Position numbers and translations under genes: made by a program. A stretch of 42,257 bases of DNA from a bacterium (GTDB lineage: Bacteria > Patescibacteriota > Minisyncoccia > Portnoybacterales > UBA2143). This document shows positions 18,513-27,082 of the stretch, one piece after another. Location of the stretch: assembly GCA_043818835.1 (NCBI GenBank), contig JBDRFK010000008.1, positions 1-42,257 on the forward strand, given 5' to 3'. The notes under the pieces were generated by a model, which ran no database searches, was not told the DNA's origin, and saw nothing but the letters and a program-made list of their open reading frames with translations. Positions within the stretch are counted from its first letter, which is position 1. Each line of letters opens with the position of its first letter.

Positions 18513-20510
18513 ATGCAATTTATAAAGAAAAATTGGTTTAAAATTTTGGTTGTATTTCTACTGCTTTTTATTTATAGCATTTCCTTAACTCATAAAATAA
18601 ATTTAACAACCGATGATCTGGGTCGCCATATCACCAATGGACAAATAATTTGGCAGACAAAAAGCATTCCTAAGATCAATTTCTATTCTTATACTGAACC
18701 AGATTTCCCTTTCTTGAACCACCACTGGCTGAGTGGCTTATTATTTTATTTCATATTTTTAATTGCCGGTTTCAATGGGTTAATTGCTTTCAAAATACTT
18801 GTTCTATTGGCAACTTTCTCAATTATATTCTATATTGCCACCAAAAAAAGTAATTTTTGGTTATCAGCCATTTTTGCGCTTCCTATTATAGTACTTTTAA
18901 ATGAACGTACCGATGTTCGCCCAGAGATTATTAGTTTTCTTTTTATCGCCATCTTCTTATATATATTAGTTTTTTATGGCAATAAAAACAGCAAAAAGAT
19001 ATTTTGGCTTGTTCCATTGCAACTAATTTGGGTTAATTGTCATATTTATTGGCCTATCGGCATTTTGATGGTTGGCGGTTTTTTATTCTCTAGAATTATT
19101 AGTTATTTTAATTTGTCATTCCCGCGAAAGTGGGAATCCAGAAATTATCGATTAGTACTGGATTCCCGCTTTCGCGGGAATGACAAGAAAATAATCAAAA
19201 AAATTGCTATTTTGCTACTATTGTTAATCTTGGTCACTTTCATCAACCCTGTTGGTTTGCGTGGCGTCACTTATCCATTAAGTATATTCAATAATTATGG
19301 TTACCAAATTGTAGAGAATAAATCTCCATTTTTCTTGGAGAATTTGATGCAGAACCCAATCATTCCATTTTTCAAAATCATTTCTTTTCTGCTTATTATC
19401 AGTTTTCTTTTCAATTTAGATAATTTTTCTTTATTCTATTTTCTCGCCTCTGTCGCCGTGGTCATTGGTAGTGGTAAAATGATACGCAATTTCCCTTTAT
19501 TGGCATTAATGTCCTTACCAATATTATCAATTAATTTTTCGCCTCCCTTCAATCATCTTCAAAAAAAATACTCTGGATATGCGAAATATATTAAAAAAAC
19601 ATTTCCCTATTTATATACTGTCCTTCTTATAATATTCATCGTTCTGCTTTTAAATAAAACTATAAAACTCAATAAAAAAGATTTGGGATTAGGTTTAGAA
19701 TTTCAGGCTAATAGTTCAGCGGAGTTTTTCAAAGAAAATAATTTGTCTGGACCATTATTTAATAACTACGATATCGGCAGTTACCTGATTTTTCATCTAT
19801 ATAATAGAGAGAACGTTTTTGTTGATAACCGCCCCGAAGCATATTCTAAAAATTTCTTTGAAAATATTTATAAACCAATGCAACAGAACGAAGAACAGTG
19901 GCAAAAACAACTTGAGAAATATAATTTTAATACTGTGTTTTTCACCCATCAAGAAGGAACACCATGGGGAAATCAATTTGTAGCCAGAACATTTAATGAT
20001 CCTGAGTGGATTTTAATTCATGCTGATACTCAAGCTGTTATATTTATAAAAAATATCCCGCAGAATGTAGGTATTATTGATAGATTCAGAATTACTCCTG
20101 ACAATATCGTCATAAAGATAACACCAGTTATAAATTCTTCCAATGTTAAAACACAATTATCAGCAGTTAATCTATTATCGTTAATCGGTAGAAATGATAT
20201 TGCACAAGATATTTGCCAAGAAATTATTGAGAAAAATCCCAAAGAAGTTAATGCTTATTTAGAATTATCATCAATTGAACTGCAATCTGGAACCAAAACA
20301 GGCTTACTATCGGCAAAAAGATACCTTGAAAAAGCAATACAAATTAAAAAACCGCTACCGTCAATCTATAATCAATTAGGGTTAATCAACTTTAATCTCG
20401 GTGAATACGAAGCAGCAAAAAAAGCCTGGCAAGGGGCTTTAAAAATAAACAAAAAGGACGACACAGCAAAGTATTATTTAGAACAATATAATAATCTTAA
20501 TCTGCCTTAA
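18513..20510 (+). CDS. Multi-pass membrane protein, GT-C glycosyltransferase-like, with C-terminal TPR
   Basis: DDLGRH..NG..I, NHHWL, RPE and DNRPEAY motifs; many TM helices; TPR-like end. TGcTATAAT 6 nt before the ATG suggests a leaderless mRNA. Confidence 0.8.
   Translation: MQFIKKNWFKILVVFLLLFIYSISLTHKINLTTDDLGRHITNGQIIWQTKSIPKINFYSYTEPDFPFLNHHWLSGLLFYFIFLIAGFNGLIAFKILVLLATFSIIFYIATKKSNFWLSAIFALPIIVLLNERTDVRPEIISFLFIAIFLYILVFYGNKNSKKIFWLVPLQLIWVNCHIYWPIGILMVGGFLFSRIISYFNLSFPRKWESRNYRLVLDSRFRGNDKKIIKKIAILLLLLILVTFINPVGLRGVTYPLSIFNNYGYQIVENKSPFFLENLMQNPIIPFFKIISFLLIISFLFNLDNFSLFYFLASVAVVIGSGKMIRNFPLLALMSLPILSINFSPPFNHLQKKYSGYAKYIKKTFPYLYTVLLIIFIVLLLNKTIKLNKKDLGLGLEFQANSSAEFFKENNLSGPLFNNYDIGSYLIFHLYNRENVFVDNRPEAYSKNFFENIYKPMQQNEEQWQKQLEKYNFNTVFFTHQEGTPWGNQFVARTFNDPEWILIHADTQAVIFIKNIPQNVGIIDRFRITPDNIVIKITPVINSSNVKTQLSAVNLLSLIGRNDIAQDICQEIIEKNPKEVNAYLELSSIELQSGTKTGLLSAKRYLEKAIQIKKPLPSIYNQLGLINFNLGEYEAAKKAWQGALKINKKDDTAKYYLEQYNNLNLP
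19113..19186. repeat. Full REP-like palindromic doublet inserted in frame in the GT-C gene
   Basis: 29-bp arms (one mismatch) with a 16-nt spacer; encodes LSFPRKWESRNYRLVLDSRFRGNDK. Confidence 0.92.
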
Positions 20511-21207
20511 ATCTTTCACGTATAATCGTCTTTACTGCCAACAGACCATCTTTAAATTTAATTTTCTTACCTTGATTATATCCGCGCCGATTATATTTTA
20601 TCGGCCGTTCAATTATTACCACTCCTTTTTTGAGGAGCTTAATAGTTAACTCTGGTTCTATTTCAAATTTTTCTGATTCCAAATTTAATGATTTTAAAAT
20701 GTCTGTCGGACACAATTTTAAACACGTCTCCATATCGGTTAAATTTGCATTAAAACATAAATTAGTTAAAGACGTTAAGAATCTATTAGCAATGTAGTGA
20801 AGCGTAAACCTGTTATTATATTTTTCTAAAAATCTTGACCCATAAACACTAATTTCTTTTTTCTCTGGCCAATTATTTTCAATGTCTTCTATTTCACTAA
20901 ATAAAAAAGAGATGTCTTCTGGAGCATATTCCAAATCAGCATCGTAAATAATAGAATACAAGCCAGTCACCCAACACAAACCAGTACGAATTGCTGCGCC
21001 CTTACCCCTATTTTGACTATGTCCAACTAATTCAAATTTATACTTTTTTTTAAGTTCTGATAATTTTTCAAATGTCCCGTCTTTAGAACAATCATCAACA
21101 AAGATAATCTCTTTATTAATTTTTAAATCTGTAACAGACCGAACAACATCACCTATCAAATCAATCTCATTAAAAACTGGGATAATTATAGATATTTTTG
21201 ACTGCAT
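20497..21207 (-). CDS. GT2 family glycosyltransferase (polyprenol-phosphate sugar synthase-like)
   Basis: IIIPVFNE, VDDCSKDGT, NRGKGAA, DADLEY and TDMET motifs. Confidence 0.93.
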   Translation of the reverse strand: MQSKISIIIPVFNEIDLIGDVVRSVTDLKINKEIIFVDDCSKDGTFEKLSELKKKYKFELVGHSQNRGKGAAIRTGLCWVTGLYSIIYDADLEYAPEDISFLFSEIEDIENNWPEKKEISVYGSRFLEKYNNRFTLHYIANRFLTSLTNLCFNANLTDMETCLKLCPTDILKSLNLESEKFEIEPELTIKLLKKGVVIIERPIKYNRRGYNQGKKIKFKDGLLAVKTIIRERFKAD

Positions 21208-21227
21208 AATTTATATTTATTTACTAC

Positions 21228-21488
21228 AAAAAAAACGCGGCACAAATACCAACGTATTTAATAATACCACTCTTTGTTAAACACAACAAACAAAATAAAA
21301 AAAACACCGAAGCCGGGGGTTGCCATATTGATTGTTTTTATAAATCAAATTAAGAAAGGAGGAATCCCGCAGCTTCGGATAATTTATTTGATGATATTTT
21401 TGGACGCGATGAGGCAATCTGAGAAGCATATATTTACTGTACGCCTCACCGCACTTAATTAATCTTAAACAAAGAACCAATAATGAAT
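21228..21488 (-). ncRNA. Candidate structured RNA or leader: three hairpins, two ending in U8 tracts
   Basis: Stems at 21406-21452, 21307-21378 and 21237-21270, with G-U pairs valid only on the minus strand; promoter directly upstream. Confidence 0.55.
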
Positions 21489-21494
21489 AAAACA

Positions 21495-21523
21495 ATACTA
21501 ACAAATTTATTTTTGTATGTCAA
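21495..21523 (-). promoter_or_regulatory. Sigma70-like promoter TTGACA-17-TAGTAT with extended TG
   Basis: -35 at 21523-21518, -10 at 21500-21495. Confidence 0.65.
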
Positions 21524-22886
21524 TAGTATAATAAGTCGCCACTAAACCCAGAAATAACCACAGAATTAATTGACCCTGCTGTAGGGTCCATAGAAAATGA
21601 TCCATCAAGCCAATAGATAGCAAAGAAAATATTATAAAAAATAGAGTTAATATTATAAAATAGTCATTCTTTTGTTTTTTTACAAAGACAATCATATTCC
21701 TAACGAGTGAAAATATAAAGAATAAGAATACAGACAGACCAAACAAACCAACTTCACTGGCAATAAGCAAATAGATATTATGAACTGGTTGGTGCGTCCA
21801 ATCAGCCAACAAACTTAAAAAACTTCGCATATTCCAAACAAAATTGCCCAATCCCAGACCAATAAATGGATAATCGGCAATATTTATCAATGCTGTTTCA
21901 TTATAAAAATTTCTCAGAGTTATTGATTCTTCCGTAGAAGATATTTTAAATCTGGAAAAAATTTCAGGTTTCGCTAAATTTACAAACACTGAACACAGAA
22001 TTATCAATACAAATAAAATAAATATTGTTCTTTTCATCAAGCTAATATCTTTATTTTTTTTGGCTTTAACAAATGAAAAGATAAAGTAAATTATACTTAC
22101 TATTAATGTAATCGCGATAATTGTGCGCGAAAAAGTTAATAACAAAGAAAAAAGAAAAACAAAATACGCAATCATTAGTAAGCAATTCTTAGTAAATGTA
22201 TGTTTTTTTGTAGTCCAAATATAATATAAGAATAAAATATTAACTAATAAAAAAGCCGCTAAAATATTCGGATGCGGAAATACACCATAGACGCGGAGCA
22301 TTTTAACCCCACCGACTACAATCTTGGCCACCCCGCCTATTTCTGTATTTAATGGACTTTCAGCTAAGTATTTCAATCCCAGACTGTGCTGTTTGGCATA
22401 TTGCAATATAGCAATACATGCTTGAACCAAACCACTTGCTAAAAAAATATGAACTAATTTCCTAAACTTAATTTTAGAAATATTGTCGTCATCTTCTTCT
22501 ATGTCCTTAAGGGTCAGATTGCTTCTAATGTAGAAAAATAAAATAATAAATTCCATCAACTTAGATATTTGATAAAAACCCAAACCGACATTATCTGCGA
22601 AGGATATAGACACAAAACTAATAATGAAAAATAAAATAAGCCAAAAAACAGGACTTTTAATAAGTCCCTCTGTTTTAATTTCTAAATTTTTAAAAAATCT
22701 CTTAGATTTATAGCGCCAAAACCATAAGAGAAAAATTAAAACAAGCAAAATATCCGTCCCATATAGAAAAGCCGACGTCCATTCATTAAACCCAGTATTA
22801 GACCATTGATATAAAATAACTCTCGTTTGGAGAGGTATTAGGAAAATGAAAATAAAAAATAAAAATCTCTCTATCTTTTTAAACAT
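21507..22886 (-). CDS. O-antigen ligase / Wzy_C family membrane protein (possible pilin oligosaccharyltransferase)
   Basis: RVYGVFPHPN, TFSR, GLGLGNF and PVHNIYL motifs; many TM helices. Confidence 0.9.
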   Translation of the reverse strand: MFKKIERFLFFIFIFLIPLQTRVILYQWSNTGFNEWTSAFLYGTDILLVLIFLLWFWRYKSKRFFKNLEIKTEGLIKSPVFWLILFFIISFVSISFADNVGLGFYQISKLMEFIILFFYIRSNLTLKDIEEDDDNISKIKFRKLVHIFLASGLVQACIAILQYAKQHSLGLKYLAESPLNTEIGGVAKIVVGGVKMLRVYGVFPHPNILAAFLLVNILFLYYIWTTKKHTFTKNCLLMIAYFVFLFSLLLTFSRTIIAITLIVSIIYFIFSFVKAKKNKDISLMKRTIFILFVLIILCSVFVNLAKPEIFSRFKISSTEESITLRNFYNETALINIADYPFIGLGLGNFVWNMRSFLSLLADWTHQPVHNIYLLIASEVGLFGLSVFLFFIFSLVRNMIVFVKKQKNDYFIILTLFFIIFSLLSIGLMDHFLWTLQQGQLILWLFLGLVATYYTIDIQK

Positions 22887-22908
22887 TATTGTGTAATATC
22901 AAATAAAG

Positions 22909-24159
22909 TCACAACCTACTAAACTCTTCTTTGATAATTTCTCTATCATCCCACTTAATTTTTTCTCCTCTATCAACACACATCCACGGTTCACATCCTT
23001 TTCCTGTAATAATCACTATATCCCCTTCTTTAGCCAATTGCAATGCCTTTTTAATCGCCTCGCGACGATCAATAATTTTTTCTATTTTCTTATCTATAAC
23101 CCCACTTGCCACTTCATCAACGATCGTTTGCGGATTCTCATCATACGGATCTTCATTAGTAATGATAATCTCATCACAATACTTTTCCGCTATTTTCCCC
23201 ATCTCTGGCCTTTTCCATTTATCCCTGCCACCACCAGCTGAACCCAAAACACTAATTAATCGCCCATCAAAAACTTTTCTAAGGGTTTGATATACTTTCT
23301 CCAATGCATCTGGAGTATGCGCATAATCAGCGATTACTGTAAACGACTCTCTAATAACAATTTCTAACCTTCCAGGAATACCTAAAATTTCCGTTAAAGC
23401 CGATTTTATTTTTGTTAAAGATATGTCTTCGGACACACCAACGGTTATTGCTGCTAAAGTATTATAAATATTAAATTTGCCTAATAAATTTGTATTAATT
23501 TCTACATTATCCAACATAAAACTTGTACCCTTATTATCTAATTGAATATCTTTAGCCCTGATAACAGCCTTTGAATCAATCCCATAACTCCATTGTTTTG
23601 GCTTGTCAAAACCCAAAAAATATTCAGCATTAACATCATCAATATTAATAATAGATTTTCCCTTAAAACCAAGTGTTTTAAACAATTTTCCTTTGGCTTC
23701 TTTGTATTTTTCAAAACTTCCATGAGATTCAATATGTTCTGGCGTGATATTAGTCAGAACTGCTGTATTAAACTTAATAAATTTATGACGATATTGCTTA
23801 ATTCCTTCTGATGTAACCTCTAAGACTAAATATTTGCAATCCTCGTCAACCGCCTGACGTATAAACTGCTGTATTTTTAAACGACCAGGCATAGTCATTT
23901 TTAAATCGTTATCCCAAATATTATCACCTACTTTAAATTGAATAGAAGAAACTGCTGCTGTTTTATATCCAGCGCTTTCTAAAATACGACTTACCAAATA
24001 AACAACTGTTGATTTGCCATTAGTTCCCGTCACGCCAATTATTTTTAATTCTTTAGACGGAAAACTATAAACAACAGCGCCTAAAAACGCCAACATCCAA
24101 TGATACCAGCTAAAAATAAATTTAGGTATTATCTTTTTGAGTATTTTTTTCATTATCAT
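22909..24159 (-). CDS. murE: UDP-N-acetylmuramoyl-tripeptide synthetase MurE
   Basis: GVTGTNGKST, EVTS, PGRLE, DYAHTPD, GGGRD and EDPYDE motifs. Confidence 0.93.
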   Translation of the reverse strand: MIMKKILKKIIPKFIFSWYHWMLAFLGAVVYSFPSKELKIIGVTGTNGKSTVVYLVSRILESAGYKTAAVSSIQFKVGDNIWDNDLKMTMPGRLKIQQFIRQAVDEDCKYLVLEVTSEGIKQYRHKFIKFNTAVLTNITPEHIESHGSFEKYKEAKGKLFKTLGFKGKSIINIDDVNAEYFLGFDKPKQWSYGIDSKAVIRAKDIQLDNKGTSFMLDNVEINTNLLGKFNIYNTLAAITVGVSEDISLTKIKSALTEILGIPGRLEIVIRESFTVIADYAHTPDALEKVYQTLRKVFDGRLISVLGSAGGGRDKWKRPEMGKIAEKYCDEIIITNEDPYDENPQTIVDEVASGVIDKKIEKIIDRREAIKKALQLAKEGDIVIITGKGCEPWMCVDRGEKIKWDDREIIKEEFSRL

Positions 24160-24887
24160 ATTTTTATAAAATTACCTACAAGATACATCTTAAGCCAATC
24201 AAGGAACTTATTATCAATTATTTGTTCTATATGAATAGCTGGTCGTGCTAATATCTTACAAAAAGCAATATATTCTGGGTTACCAACTCTAATCAATTCT
24301 TTAATCTCAAAATTATTACTATGAGCCAAACTTAATAATTTAGTATATGTATTTGCCCTATAAAAAGCATTGTGCGCCTGTTTCTGTTTCTTGAGTATAT
24401 TTTTTATTAAAAAATTATGCAACCTAAGTGGAGTTATCTTACTCAACATCATAATTGGGTTTAAAACATTAGGCGTTAAAAAAATTAAAACACCTCCTTT
24501 TTTTAATACACGATTAAACTCATTAAATACTAATTCTGGCTTACGTAGATGTTCTACCACAAAATCACACGTAATAACGTCTATTGAATTATCGCTTAGT
24601 GGAATATTTTCTAAATCAGCTAAAATTTTTCTATTAACAATCTTGTTTTCATATAAAGCACTGTGATTATTATCAATACCAACAATTTCTTTTGCAATTG
24701 GCTTAACTATTTCAACCACCCCTCCGCCACCGCACCCAGCATCCAAAACAATTGTCTGACAATTAACATATTCTTTTAGATATTCTATATAATAACAACC
24801 CGCTTTTTTAAACTTAGGATAAACATTTTTCAATTCATCCGAGACAAACATCTTTTGTTCGCTATTATCCTTAAATAAAATATTCAT
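24156..24887 (-). CDS. Class I SAM-dependent methyltransferase
   Basis: VLDAGCGGG, VVEHL and RVLKKGG motifs. Confidence 0.92.
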   Translation of the reverse strand: MNILFKDNSEQKMFVSDELKNVYPKFKKAGCYYIEYLKEYVNCQTIVLDAGCGGGGVVEIVKPIAKEIVGIDNNHSALYENKIVNRKILADLENIPLSDNSIDVITCDFVVEHLRKPELVFNEFNRVLKKGGVLIFLTPNVLNPIMMLSKITPLRLHNFLIKNILKKQKQAHNAFYRANTYTKLLSLAHSNNFEIKELIRVGNPEYIAFCKILARPAIHIEQIIDNKFLDWLKMYLVGNFIKI

Positions 24888-24940
24888 TGATTTGCTAATT
24901 TACCCATTACCTTCATCATACTATTTTTAGACGACAATTT

Positions 24941-24973
24941 AAAGAGGCTTGCGATATTATCGCAAGCCTCTTT
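24941..24973. terminator. Hairpin terminator after MutS-like gene 2
   Basis: aaagaggcttgcgata-t-tatcgcaagcctcttt. Confidence 0.78.
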
Positions 24974-24986
24974 TGTTATTAAGACT

Positions 24987-27002
24987 TTAATTTCTATTTC
25001 TGGACAGAAATTTATTTATTCCCACTTCTTTCATCAAATCATCTAAACCTCCGGTACCACCAATACCCTCGTTTATTTGGTAATCTCTATCTAAATGGAG
25101 ACATTGAACACCTAACTCTTTATTTGAACGTTCAGCTAACTCGTATAGTTGTGTATTACCAACCACGCTACAAGCCTCTAATTCAAATAATATATCTAAC
25201 CCAGCCTCTACTCCATCTTTAATTTCTTCACCAATAACAATTTGGTTTCCGGTGCCTACTTCATCCATAACAATAAAGATATCTTCTCTAGGCACTTCAC
25301 GAATACCTTCCATAACTTTCATGGTTTTATACATGAAAAGCTCAGTTAAAGAACCTTCTCCCTGCCCTTCAATAAAAACTAATCCCAATATTTTCTTAAT
25401 ATTCAATCTAAGTTTTTCGCCAAAATTCGGCAACCCAGATTGCGCCAAAAGAATAGTATACGGAAATAAAACATTTAATACTGTCTTGCCGCTTTTATTA
25501 GGACCAACAATTATAACCCTATCTCCATTTAAAGGCGGAAAGTTGCGGACAGGACGTATCTCTCTAGGTTTAATACCTTTCTGATTAACAACTTTTTTGC
25601 GACCAATTAAATGGAATGGATAAAGTTGATTAAAAGTAAAAACATGTTCACCATTCTCAGTAATTTCTGGGAAATTTAACGGCATATTCCATCTTTTTAC
25701 CTTACACAACAACATTTCCGCAATTTCGGCAACATCTTTCAAAATTAACAAATGTTCTCTAACCCAACTTCTATAATCATCTACCCCTCTGTAAAAATCT
25801 TCAAGAGCAGGTCCAGTCAACAATTCTTTCACAGCATACCAGCCACATTCCATTTCCATGTCATAAGTCATTGGTAAAATAATTGAACCATCGCACGAAC
25901 CAGGAACATTCTTTTCAAACAAATTCATCAATTTTAAATCATAATTTCTCCTATATCTTTCTATAAGTTTATTGTGTAAATTAACATTCGCAACCGCAAT
26001 TTTTGTTTTTGTGAATGGACTATAGCCTTCGAAATCGTAATCAAAACCATAAAATACCCGACAATTTTCTCTTTCAACATCTACTTGAACCGAGACTACT
26101 TGTGCATGTAATCCATCTCTTTCGTAATAAAAATGAATATCAACAAAAAAGTCCGATGGCAAATTTAAATCATAGGTTCCCAGTAGTAATTTAGCGACAA
26201 ACTTTTTTAAACTCCCTTCTACTGCTATTGGCAACTCAGTTATTACCAAAGGAGCGTAAAAAAACATCCCCCTTATCCAATTATAGAACCAGATTACTAA
26301 TCGCAAAAAATAGCCAATGCCAAAGCACCATTCAGCAACTTTCTTTTTGGTCCACTTAGGCACATTAATTTTCGGCAAAATACCAGTCAAACCAAAAGAA
26401 TATTTCTTATAGCCTATTACTTTTTCTTTTACTAACCTACTATTACTACCATTACCATTAACCCTGAAAGTAACCATACCATTGAATTGGACTGATCGAC
26501 TTAACTTATTAGCCACCGACCCTGACAAAGACTTTTCTCTCTCTTCTGCCTTATCCGCTGTTGTTTCAATAAAATCCAATATTTCATTGAATTCCTTTGA
26601 AACATTCTTCCCTTTTTGCTTATCTTTCCTGAAATCCATTTTTTCAATCAACGAGTGTAACAATTGCCAAAACGGGTTATGTTTTTTTGAGGGATTAAAA
26701 TGATCCAAAAATTCTTGACTTCCGAAAGGAATCCGTAGCTTGTTGAATAATGGATTTTTAAGAAAAAATTTACGGATATCAGGTCGCTCAATAAAAAGCC
26801 TCAAGATATTTTGTCGCCGAATAATTTCTTCTCGATCGGTTATTCCAAACGAGTCCACAAGCCTACTATTATTAATACCCAGCAATTTTAATACTTTTTC
26901 AAGATTAAAATCTTCTTCGTTGATTATCCTGATTTTATCCTCTTCTTTTATATCCGCGTTCCAGCACTTTACTTTTGGATATTCAAACTTTACCACTGCC
27001 AA
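24987..27002 (-). CDS. Divergent MutS-related ATPase, paralog 2
   Basis: Walker A GPNKSGKT, AQSG, Walker B VMDEVGTG; aligns by eye along paralog 1. Start is TTG 27002 or GTG 26996. Confidence 0.82.
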   Translation of the reverse strand: MAVVKFEYPKVKCWNADIKEEDKIRIINEEDFNLEKVLKLLGINNSRLVDSFGITDREEIIRRQNILRLFIERPDIRKFFLKNPLFNKLRIPFGSQEFLDHFNPSKKHNPFWQLLHSLIEKMDFRKDKQKGKNVSKEFNEILDFIETTADKAEEREKSLSGSVANKLSRSVQFNGMVTFRVNGNGSNSRLVKEKVIGYKKYSFGLTGILPKINVPKWTKKKVAEWCFGIGYFLRLVIWFYNWIRGMFFYAPLVITELPIAVEGSLKKFVAKLLLGTYDLNLPSDFFVDIHFYYERDGLHAQVVSVQVDVERENCRVFYGFDYDFEGYSPFTKTKIAVANVNLHNKLIERYRRNYDLKLMNLFEKNVPGSCDGSIILPMTYDMEMECGWYAVKELLTGPALEDFYRGVDDYRSWVREHLLILKDVAEIAEMLLCKVKRWNMPLNFPEITENGEHVFTFNQLYPFHLIGRKKVVNQKGIKPREIRPVRNFPPLNGDRVIIVGPNKSGKTVLNVLFPYTILLAQSGLPNFGEKLRLNIKKILGLVFIEGQGEGSLTELFMYKTMKVMEGIREVPREDIFIVMDEVGTGNQIVIGEEIKDGVEAGLDILFELEACSVVGNTQLYELAERSNKELGVQCLHLDRDYQINEGIGGTGGLDDLMKEVGINKFLSRNRN

Positions 27003-27082
27003 TCCTCCTTATTTAATATGTTGTTGTTAAGTTGCTTTATTACGCCCATTCCGTTCTCAATTAGGACACTCAATGTTATATA

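Noticed and set aside
21274-21504. 75-aa and 62-aa ORFs between GT2 and the ligase gene
   Set aside because: No recognisable domain; the region is better explained by promoter, RNA hairpins and U tracts.
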